From Patescibacteria group bacterium (lineage in GTDB: Bacteria > Patescibacteriota > Patescibacteriia > SG8-24 > DYFX01), in the NCBI GenBank assembly GCA_041659045.1, contig JBAZZB010000001.1:6111-70110 (forward strand): a DNA stretch of 64,000 nt. The letters run 5' to 3'. Numbering within the stretch: the first letter of the stretch is position 1; every line of letters starts with the position of its first letter. Of this stretch, positions 29,161-36,653 are shown piece after piece. Under the pieces are notes generated by a model, which saw only the letters and a list, made by a program, of their open reading frames with translations, was not told the DNA's origin and searched no databases. The translations under genes and the position numbers were made by a program.

Positions 29161-29190
29161 CCTCCGTACGGGGGTGTTTTTCTTTTGTGG
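29161..29190 (+). terminator. intrinsic terminator after 22-aa Lys-rich sORF (29082-29150)
   Basis: cacctccgtacgggggtg hairpin + tttttctttt. Confidence 0.5.
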
Positions 29191-29224
29191 CGTGGCTGCG
29201 CGTTTTTGTATAGACTTTTGGTAT

Positions 29225-29680
29225 ATGACGCAAGAGAATTTCAGTATCGCGCATACGCGCGTGATCGGCGCGACTCGCAAACGCGTCTGGCAGGCTTTCA
29301 CCGATCCGGAACACATTTCCGAATGGTGGGGGCCGAACGGTTTTACGACCGAGACGGAAACGATGGACGTGCGACCCGGCGGCGCGTGGCGCTCGGTCAT
29401 GCGCGGACCCGACGGCGAAACATATCCCAACCATTTCACATACAAGGAAGTCGTCGAGCCCGAGCGGCTTGTCTATGCTCACGGAGATTTTCAAGTCGGT
29501 GAGACGTGGTACAAGGGCTTCACGTCTGAAGTGATGTTTGAAGAGGAGGGGAGAAAGACGAAGGTGACGCTTCGCGCTGTGTTCGCTTCGGAGGAAGAAC
29601 TCGAAAAGCAAAAGATGCTCGGTGCCGACGAAGGGGGAGCACAAACGCTCGCTCGGCTCGATAGCTATCTCTCAAAATAA
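29225..29680 (+). CDS. SRPBCC-superfamily protein (AHSA1/activator-of-Hsp90-ATPase-like)
   Basis: about 150 aa, TRVIGATRKRVWQAFTDPEHISEWWGP signature typical of AHSA1/START-like fold. Confidence 0.7.
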   Translation: MTQENFSIAHTRVIGATRKRVWQAFTDPEHISEWWGPNGFTTETETMDVRPGGAWRSVMRGPDGETYPNHFTYKEVVEPERLVYAHGDFQVGETWYKGFTSEVMFEEEGRKTKVTLRAVFASEEELEKQKMLGADEGGAQTLARLDSYLSK

Positions 29681-29683
29681 TCT

Positions 29684-30100
29684 ATGGAGAACAACACCAT
29701 CCTCATCACGCACCTAGTCGGCGCGCCGCGCGAGCGCGTCTACAAAGCGTTTCTCACGCCGGACGACCTCGTCCACTGGAGCCACGCCGGTGACGGCTGG
29801 GTGACGCCGTATGCTCGCGTCGACGCCAAGCCGGGTGGGGAGTTCCATATCGGCTATCAATCGGGAGACGGCGCGCAGACGTTTGATTTCACCGGCACGT
29901 ACGACGAGTTGGTTGAGAACGAAAAGATCGTTTACACGATCATCGATGGTCGCAAGGTTTGGGTCGCGTTCTCTGATCAAGATGGAAAAACCAAGATTGA
30001 TCTGACGCTGACGCTTGAGACGGAGAATACGGCTGAACTTCAGCGCAAAGGCTGGTCCGAGCACCTCGTGAACCTCGACGCCTATCTTGCTAAGGTCTAA
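29684..30100 (+). CDS. SRPBCC-superfamily protein (AHSA1-like), tandem paralogue
   Basis: 138 aa, RERVYKAFLTPDDLVHW, same fold pattern as upstream gene; 3-nt spacing. Confidence 0.7.
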   Translation: MENNTILITHLVGAPRERVYKAFLTPDDLVHWSHAGDGWVTPYARVDAKPGGEFHIGYQSGDGAQTFDFTGTYDELVENEKIVYTIIDGRKVWVAFSDQDGKTKIDLTLTLETENTAELQRKGWSEHLVNLDAYLAKV

Positions 30101-30159
30101 GACCTCAAGAAACACCTCCGTAGAGAGGTGTTTTGCGTTTTCTGCTAGACTGGGTGTAC

Positions 30160-31215
30160 ATGCTTCCCCCTTTCCTCGCCCAGCACAAGAAACTGATCTT
30201 CGTCGCTGTTGGCGTCGTTGCTTTGGTTGGTAGCGGGGCGTTTGCCGCGCGCTATTTTGTTGAAAGCGCGTCGTCTTTGCAGGAGGAGGTTCCTACTACA
30301 GCAGCCGAGCCCGTCATCGACGTCGCCGACTACGACCGTCGTCTGCGCCGGCTGGCACACGTGCCGGAAACCGCCACGAATACCGACGGCTTGAAGTGGC
30401 CGGTTAAAGCCGCCTATCCCGAGGTTGGCGCGATCCTGCCGTTCAAGCGCATTGTCGCGTACTACGGAAATTTTTATGCCAAAGGCATGGGTGTGCTCGG
30501 GGAATACCCCGAAGCCGTCATGCTTGAGAAATTCAAAAAAGAAATCGCCGCCTGGGAAGCGGCTGATCCGGAAACACCTGTGCTTCCGGCCATCGATTAC
30601 ATCGCGATCGTCGCCCAAGCGGGTGCTGGCAAAGACGGCAAGTACCGCGCGCGCATGCCGCACGACCAGATCGACAAAGCGCTCGCTGTTGCCGAGAAAG
30701 TAAACGGCATCGTCATTCTCGAAGTGCAAGCGGGACTTTCCGACGTGATGACGGAAATCAAATCGCTCGAGCCGTATCTCGTGAAGCCGAACGTGCATCT
30801 TGCGATTGATCCTGAGTTCGCGATGCTGCGTCGTAAAACGCGCCCTGGTCTCATGGTCGGTACGGTCGACGCCTGGGAAGTGAACGCAGCAGCCGAGTAT
30901 CTCGCAGAGCTCGTGCGCGCGAACGCGCTTCCTCCTAAGGTGCTGGTAGTGCATCGTTACACCAAACCGATGCTCACCAACGCCACAAAAATTGTCCCGC
31001 TTCCTGAAGTGCAAATCCTTATCGACATGGATGGCTGGGGTGGTATGTCCAACAAAATCAGCAGCTACGAGGCTTACGTCAAATCCGAACCGGTGCAATT
31101 CACGGGCTTCAAGTTGTTCTATAAGAACGACGTGAAGTGGCAAGGCTCGCGCATGCTGACGCCAAAGGAAATTTTGGATCTAACGCCGTCACCTTCGTTC
31201 ATCCAGTACCAGTAG
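30160..31215 (+). CDS. hypothetical membrane-anchored protein (possible glycan-active TIM-barrel-like domain)
   Basis: N-terminal TM, about 320-aa extracytoplasmic domain; immediately upstream of GH3 gene; antisense ORF is R/H-rich artefact. Confidence 0.5.
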   Translation: MLPPFLAQHKKLIFVAVGVVALVGSGAFAARYFVESASSLQEEVPTTAAEPVIDVADYDRRLRRLAHVPETATNTDGLKWPVKAAYPEVGAILPFKRIVAYYGNFYAKGMGVLGEYPEAVMLEKFKKEIAAWEAADPETPVLPAIDYIAIVAQAGAGKDGKYRARMPHDQIDKALAVAEKVNGIVILEVQAGLSDVMTEIKSLEPYLVKPNVHLAIDPEFAMLRRKTRPGLMVGTVDAWEVNAAAEYLAELVRANALPPKVLVVHRYTKPMLTNATKIVPLPEVQILIDMDGWGGMSNKISSYEAYVKSEPVQFTGFKLFYKNDVKWQGSRMLTPKEILDLTPSPSFIQYQ

Positions 31216-31222
31216 CAGGCGT

Positions 31223-33028
31223 ATGTTTAGAAATAACGCATCGGCAAAAAAAGCTATCGTCTTCTGGTTGCTCGTCGTGCTCGTTATTGTTGCGAGCGCT
31301 TTTGCGTTTGTTGCCACGCAGCCGAGCCGCGTCGTTGTTCCCGTTGATACGACAGGCGCCGTGTTTCGCGATGCGGGGCAGTCAATCGATGCGCGCGTCG
31401 AAGACCTGCTGCAACGCATGACCGTCGCCGAAAAGATCGGCCAGATGGCGATGGTTGAAAAAAACAGCATCCATGATCGGGACGATATCGCCCGCTATGG
31501 AATTGGCGCGATGATCAGCGGCGGTGGCGGCAAGCCGGAGCCGAATACTCCGGCCGGGTGGCTTGCGATGGTCAACGGATTCCAAGAGGATGCCCTGCGT
31601 TCGCGTCTCGGCATTCCGCTGCTCTATGGAGCGGACGCCGTGCACGGGCATTCCAACGTACCTGGCGCGACGGTTTTTCCGCACTTCATCGGCCTCGGAG
31701 CCACACAGAACCCGGATCTCGTACGTCGGGTGGCAGAAGCGACGACAGCAGAATTGGCGGCGACGGGAATTTATTGGAACCTTTCCCCGAACCTCGACGT
31801 CGCGCAGGATGCACGTTGGGGGCGTATGTATGAATCGTTCGGTTCGGACACGGCTTTGGTGAGCGCGCTAGGTGCCGCTTACATGGAAGGGGTCAGCGCT
31901 GGAGGTGCCGCTATCGGCACGGCAAAGCATTTCGTGGGCGCGGGAGGTATGCGGTGGGGAACCTCTTCGAACAAAGAGTTCAAGATCGACCAAGGCACGA
32001 CCGACGAAGATGAAGCAATACTGCGGCGCGTGCATCTGCCGCCGTTCAAAGCAGCGATCAGTGCTGGTGCCGCCAGTGTCATGGTCGGTTTGAATAGTTG
32101 GAACGGGATAAAACTTTCCGCGAACCAGTACTTGCTGACCGACGTGCTCAAAAAAGAACTTGGCTTCGATGGCTTCGTTGTTTCCGATTGGTACGGCGTC
32201 TACGAGATTCCGGGAGGGGACTATCGCGCCGCAGTCACAGCCATCAATGCGGGCGTCGACATGGTCATGCTTCCGTTCGATTACAAAACGTTTATTCGCA
32301 ATGTCCGCGTCGCGATGGAGCGAGGCGAAATTTCGGAAGCGCGCATCGACGACGCCGCTCGCCGTATTTTGACGGCCAAATTCAAGGCGGGCTTGTTTGA
32401 TCGCTCACTCGCCGGCGATGAGGGGCTTTCAGTTGTTGGCTCAGAAGAGCATCGCGCCTTGGCGCGCGAGGCGGTGCGCGCGTCGCAAGTGCTTTTGAAA
32501 AATACGGCGAACACCTTGCCGCTCAGCAAAACTGCGTCGCGCATCGTCGTCGCCGGTTCTTCGGCGCACAACATCGGTCGCCAAAGCGGCGGCTGGACGG
32601 TGGAATGGCAGGGGATCGACGGCAACTGGATTCCCGGCACGACCATTCTCGATGCAATCAAGGGCGCGGTTTCTTCGCAGACGGAAGTTGAATACGATCT
32701 CGAAGGAAACTTTGTGGCGTCGAAGCCGTTGGCCGACGTGGGCGTTGCCGTTGTCGGCGAAGCGCCGTATGCCGAAGGCTGGGGTGACAGCGAACATCCA
32801 GCCCTCACGCCGGAAGATCTCCAGACGATCGACAGAGTCAAAGCTGCCAGTAAAAAAATCGTCGTGATTATCGTCTCCGGTCGCCCGCTCGATATTCGCA
32901 CGCATGCCTCAGCATGGGACGCTGTCGTCGCAGCCTGGCTTCCGGGAAGCGAGGGTCAAGGCGTTTCCGATGTGCTCTTTGGCGAGTATCCATTCACCGG
33001 AAAATTGCCGGTGGCCTGGAAGTTGTAA
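31223..33028 (+). CDS. glycoside hydrolase family 3 (beta-glucosidase/NagZ-like), membrane anchored
   Basis: GH3 N-terminal motifs KHFVGAGG, GFDGFVVSDW (catalytic Asp), plus C-terminal alpha/beta sandwich domain. Confidence 0.88.
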   Translation: MFRNNASAKKAIVFWLLVVLVIVASAFAFVATQPSRVVVPVDTTGAVFRDAGQSIDARVEDLLQRMTVAEKIGQMAMVEKNSIHDRDDIARYGIGAMISGGGGKPEPNTPAGWLAMVNGFQEDALRSRLGIPLLYGADAVHGHSNVPGATVFPHFIGLGATQNPDLVRRVAEATTAELAATGIYWNLSPNLDVAQDARWGRMYESFGSDTALVSALGAAYMEGVSAGGAAIGTAKHFVGAGGMRWGTSSNKEFKIDQGTTDEDEAILRRVHLPPFKAAISAGAASVMVGLNSWNGIKLSANQYLLTDVLKKELGFDGFVVSDWYGVYEIPGGDYRAAVTAINAGVDMVMLPFDYKTFIRNVRVAMERGEISEARIDDAARRILTAKFKAGLFDRSLAGDEGLSVVGSEEHRALAREAVRASQVLLKNTANTLPLSKTASRIVVAGSSAHNIGRQSGGWTVEWQGIDGNWIPGTTILDAIKGAVSSQTEVEYDLEGNFVASKPLADVGVAVVGEAPYAEGWGDSEHPALTPEDLQTIDRVKAASKKIVVIIVSGRPLDIRTHASAWDAVVAAWLPGSEGQGVSDVLFGEYPFTGKLPVAWKL

Positions 33029-33051
33029 AATCTTGATGACACGCAGCCTCT

Positions 33052-33456
33052 ATGAAAGCCGTATACAAAACAGTCGCCGCATATAACCGCGGGCAAGCGA
33101 AGAACGACAAGATCATCTGCGACGCGCTGAAGCGCGAGATCGAAAAAGCCATGCCGAAAGCCGAGAGCAAAATTTGGCACGGAAGTCCGGTCTGGTTTTT
33201 GGAAGAGAATCCGATCGTTGGCTATCACAAGTTGAAGGACGCGGTGCGTCTACTTTTTTGGAGTGGGCAATCGTTCGATGAAGATGGTTTGAAGCCGGAA
33301 GGAACGTTCAAGGCAGCCGAAGCGCGCTTTGTTGACGCCAAAGAAATCAAACCTACCGCGCTGCGCCGCTGGCTCGCGAAGGCCAAGAAGATTCAGTGGG
33401 ACTACAAGAACATTGTGAAGCGGAAGGGGAAGCTCGTGCGGTTGAAAACCTCGTGA
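33052..33456 (+). CDS. DUF1801 (YdhG-like) domain protein
   Basis: 134 aa, pattern consistent with YdhG-like family; neighbour of YdeI-like gene as commonly seen. Confidence 0.55.
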   Translation: MKAVYKTVAAYNRGQAKNDKIICDALKREIEKAMPKAESKIWHGSPVWFLEENPIVGYHKLKDAVRLLFWSGQSFDEDGLKPEGTFKAAEARFVDAKEIKPTALRRWLAKAKKIQWDYKNIVKRKGKLVRLKTS

Positions 33457-33464
33457 AGAAGCGT

Positions 33465-33719
33465 ATGAAAGCAAAAAAAGACAGCGCCCGCGTGCCGCAC
33501 CCTGTCGCGCCGGCTGATGTAAAGAAAATGCTCGCTGGCTCCCCGAAGGCGAAAGCCGTCTGGGACGCCATCACGCCGCTCGCCCGCAATGAATGGATCT
33601 GCTGGATCACCTCCGGCAAGCTGGCGGAGACGCGGAAAATCCGTCTCGAGAAAGCGCAATCAAAACTCTCCGGCGGCATGCGCCGGCCGTGCTGCTGGGA
33701 AGGATGCTCGCATCGCTGA
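33465..33719 (+). CDS. YdeI/OmpD-associated-family-like small protein
   Basis: 84 aa with ...EWICWITSGKLAETRKIRLEKA... typical of YdeI C-terminal domain. Confidence 0.5.
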   Translation: MKAKKDSARVPHPVAPADVKKMLAGSPKAKAVWDAITPLARNEWICWITSGKLAETRKIRLEKAQSKLSGGMRRPCCWEGCSHR

Positions 33720-33750
33720 ACCCTCTTGCGTGAAAAATGGCGTCTTTGCT

Positions 33751-33836
33751 AGGACCTGTCGGTGGGCCCGAGTCCTTGGTGGGCGAACCGGTCTTGCCAG
33801 TCTGGTTTTGGGGGTTCGATTCCCCTCGGGTCCACC
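33751..33836 (+). tRNA. tRNA-like element (canonical T-arm + acceptor stem + CCA; D and anticodon arms non-canonical) - possible degenerate or unusual tRNA
   Basis: GGGGGTTCGATTCCCCT T-arm directly followed by CGGGTCC-A-CCA; two possible 5' acceptor partners (GGACCTG at 33751, GGGCCCG at 33763); I could not fold a standard anticodon arm by hand. Confidence 0.3.
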
Positions 33837-33920
33837 ACCGCGTTGACAAGCATGCGGTGAACGGCTACCATTTAGCCATGGCAAGGCCGGTTTGAATCCC
33901 TCCGGGATCAGAACCAGCGG

Positions 33921-33947
33921 AAACTCCCCGAAAGGGGAGTTTTCGTT
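33921..33947 (+). terminator. intrinsic terminator closing the tRNA-like/structured RNA region
   Basis: aactccccgaaaggggagtt + ttcgttt. Confidence 0.7.
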
Positions 33948-33959
33948 TACACTCCAAAT

Positions 33960-34277
33960 ATGAAGAAGCGAAACCTGTTCAGCGAACGCGTCATCGAGCT
34001 CGCGCTCTCAATCCCGAAAGGCCGCGTCACGACCTACGGACGACTCGCCCGCGCCGCCGGCGGGGCTCTGCACCGGCCGGTGCAGAGCGGGGGAACGATG
34101 GCCTCGCAAAGCATCACGTCGATTCTTTGGAAAGCCGAACAGCGCGGCGTCAAGAATATTCCGTATCATCGGATCGTGTATGCGGATGGGAGGATTTGGA
34201 TTGATCCGAAGCGGCGAGGGAGAGGTTGGCGCTTTATAAGAAGGAGGGGATTAGAATTGACGAAAGAGACAGGATAA
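33960..34277 (+). CDS. MGMT-fold DNA-binding protein, alkyltransferase-like (ATL) with active-site Cys replaced (PYHRIV)
   Basis: helix-turn-helix TTYGRLARAAG and P-Y-H-R-I-V where O6-alkylguanine transferases have P-C-H-R-V. Confidence 0.65.
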   Translation: MKKRNLFSERVIELALSIPKGRVTTYGRLARAAGGALHRPVQSGGTMASQSITSILWKAEQRGVKNIPYHRIVYADGRIWIDPKRRGRGWRFIRRRGLELTKETG

Positions 34278-36640
34278 TAGCCTTGTAACAAGGTCGTGTT
34301 ATAGTCAAAAGGTGTCTTAAAATGCAATACGATTTTCAGAATCTTTCTCCAATAGAGTTTGAACATCTCGTTCAAGATCTTTTGCAAGAAGAATTCAAAA
34401 TCTCTTTAGAGAGCTTTGCTCCTGGTCGAGACCAAGGAATTGATTTGAGATACGCGAAAGCAAAGAAAAAAGACCTGATTGTTCAATGTAAAAGATATAA
34501 ATCGGCAACAGATTTGATGCCTGTTTTAAAAAAGGAACTTGAGAAAGTAAAAGCCTTAAAACCAGGTCGATACATATTAGCGACATCTGTCAGTCTCACC
34601 CTAAACCAAAAGCTAAAGATAAAAAAGCTCTTTAAACCGTATATCCGTGCTACGGGAGATATTTTAAGTAAGGAAAGTATAAACAATCTAATTACAAAAA
34701 ATGAAAATGTTGAACTAAGGCACTTTAAGCTTTGGCTATCAAGTACAAACATTCTACGGAAGATTATTCACAGCAAGGTCATAAACCAGGGGAAGTTAGA
34801 ATTGGATAAAATAAAAGAGGAAATTAAATTTTTTGTAGATAACTCGAGTATTGGAGATGCGCTCGATATTTTAAGAAAGACAAAAGTTATTGTTATTTCT
34901 GGTCTACCAGGTATTGGTAAAACAACACTGGCAAGAATGTTGGCCTACCATTACTTGGCAAGAAATTCATACGAAGAGTTTGTATATATATCTGATTCAA
35001 TTAGTGAGGGGTATGAAAATTTTCAAGAAGGAAAAAAGCAGGTATTTTTATTTGATGATTTTTTGGGCAGAAGTTTTCTGACAAAAGACCTACCTACAAA
35101 CGAAGACAAAAGAATAATTGAATTCATTGAAAGTATTAAACGGGCGCCAAACAAGGTTTTGATTGTCACTACTCGCGAATACATTCTTGAACAAGCAAAG
35201 AAGAAGTATGAAAATTTAAATAGCGTTGAGGTGGGTTTTTCCAAATATGTTCTGGATCTGGCCGTTTATACAAAAATGATTAAGGCAAAGATATTGTATA
35301 ATCATTTGTTTTTTTCGACGGTCCCTCAGGGGTACATCCTGGATCTATTAAAATCAAAGCACTATTTAAACATTATTAATCACAAGAACTATAGCCCTAG
35401 AATCATAGGTGCTGTCACAAAACCAGCAATTTGGGAAAAAATTGTGCCAGATAAGTACTCTGAGTTTTTTAAGAATTCTTTGGATCATCCAGACAGTATT
35501 TGGGAACACGTATTTTCAAATCAGATCACCCCGCTATCCCGCTTGATAGTCTTAACTAAATTTACTTGTGGGGAAGGATCGACATTTCTTACGGATCTCA
35601 AGGATGCGACTGAAAAGTTAGTTAAAGAGTGTGGTTTAAATTATGGAGCTGTATTTAATGCAGAAAACTTTAATAATTCGATAAAAGAGCTTGAAAGAAC
35701 ATTCATTCAAATATCAAAGGATGATTCTAACCAATTGGCAGTCGAATTTCAAAATCCATCCATCACTGATTATTTGCGTGACTATTTAAAAAACAATGAA
35801 TCTGTAGTTTCAGATTTAATTGGAGGAGCATTGTTTTTTGACCAACTCTCCCTTCCGTATTCTTTTGAGAGTGAAAAAAAATATGGAGGCATACTTTTAA
35901 GAAAACCATTGATAGAGAAAGTGGTTGAAAGAATGTCTAAAGAGTATCAATCGTTGGTATACGCGCGCCTTACGAGAGTTTATTCTATTGGTGAAGAGAG
36001 TTTTAGATGGGATAGAACTGAGGCGGGTGTGATTCAGAAGGCACAGACTGTTATAGATAAAATTGGTACTTCAATAATCGGGCAAGTTAGGCCGTTGCTA
36101 CCCACCTTAGTCAAAGATCTTATTTTAAAACGTCTTACCTATGTAGAAAGAGGACAGGTTCCAGCACTCGTTTACAAGTTAAGAAAATTTCTCACCACGG
36201 ATTTCCATGAAATCATGGAGAATTACTTAAATAGCATTTACTACTTTCCAGATGTCTTGCGTTTTTTGGAGTTTAAGCGAGTCTCAAGAAAAGAGTATAG
36301 AAAGTTTCTTAAGAAGAATCTTCAAAAGTTAATAGAAAAGATCAATTTTGCCTTAGAAAATGAGATGGATTTTATAGATAATACAGAACTCCCCAATCTT
36401 ATAAACCATGTTCAAGATGTTCAATTACGACTAGGGATCGATCTCAGCGCGTTTATTGAAAGAATAGAAAATGAAGTTCAGCTTAGAGAAAAGAAGAGTG
36501 ACCCCGAAGTTAAAGAGATTAATTTTGAAAGAGAAGAAATTGGATCCGAGATTGATATTGTAAAAATGTTTGATTCATTAGTGGATCAAAACAAAGATTG
36601 AGGTACATTTCCCCGTTCGCCCTTCCTCCTGTAAGATCGG
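34230..36640. mobile_element. AT-rich horizontally acquired island (single gene, no integrase)
   Basis: abrupt drop to roughly one-third GC by eye between high-GC ATL gene and dnaE; AT-rich codon usage throughout the ORF. Confidence 0.55.
34322..36601 (+). CDS. Mrr-type restriction endonuclease domain fused to NB-ARC/STAND-like P-loop NTPase with helical C-terminal region (Avs-like candidate defence protein)
   Basis: N-term FEHLVQDLL...GRDQGIDL...LIVQCKRY (Mrr_cat PD-(D/E)xK pattern); Walker A GLPGIGKTT; Walker B KQVFLFDDFLG; sensor-1-like KVLIVTTREY (compare NB-ARC GxGGxGKTT / LLVLDD / TTR). Confidence 0.8.
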   Translation: MQYDFQNLSPIEFEHLVQDLLQEEFKISLESFAPGRDQGIDLRYAKAKKKDLIVQCKRYKSATDLMPVLKKELEKVKALKPGRYILATSVSLTLNQKLKIKKLFKPYIRATGDILSKESINNLITKNENVELRHFKLWLSSTNILRKIIHSKVINQGKLELDKIKEEIKFFVDNSSIGDALDILRKTKVIVISGLPGIGKTTLARMLAYHYLARNSYEEFVYISDSISEGYENFQEGKKQVFLFDDFLGRSFLTKDLPTNEDKRIIEFIESIKRAPNKVLIVTTREYILEQAKKKYENLNSVEVGFSKYVLDLAVYTKMIKAKILYNHLFFSTVPQGYILDLLKSKHYLNIINHKNYSPRIIGAVTKPAIWEKIVPDKYSEFFKNSLDHPDSIWEHVFSNQITPLSRLIVLTKFTCGEGSTFLTDLKDATEKLVKECGLNYGAVFNAENFNNSIKELERTFIQISKDDSNQLAVEFQNPSITDYLRDYLKNNESVVSDLIGGALFFDQLSLPYSFESEKKYGGILLRKPLIEKVVERMSKEYQSLVYARLTRVYSIGEESFRWDRTEAGVIQKAQTVIDKIGTSIIGQVRPLLPTLVKDLILKRLTYVERGQVPALVYKLRKFLTTDFHEIMENYLNSIYYFPDVLRFLEFKRVSRKEYRKFLKKNLQKLIEKINFALENEMDFIDNTELPNLINHVQDVQLRLGIDLSAFIERIENEVQLREKKSDPEVKEINFEREEIGSEIDIVKMFDSLVDQNKD

Positions 36641-36653
36641 GTACACTTAGAGT

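Noticed and set aside
30145-31143. 332-aa minus-strand ORF
   Set aside because: Antisense to the 30160-31215 gene; R/H-rich nonsense-like sequence whereas the plus-strand product has a signal anchor and globular composition.
33740-33950. tmRNA (ssrA) hypothesis for the T-arm/CCA element
   Set aside because: Only about 200 nt available between flanking CDSs/terminator, no tag-peptide reading frame ending in a hydrophobic Ala-rich tail, and T-arm is 86 nt from a pairing 5' strand rather than about 350 nt; kept instead as tRNA-like element.
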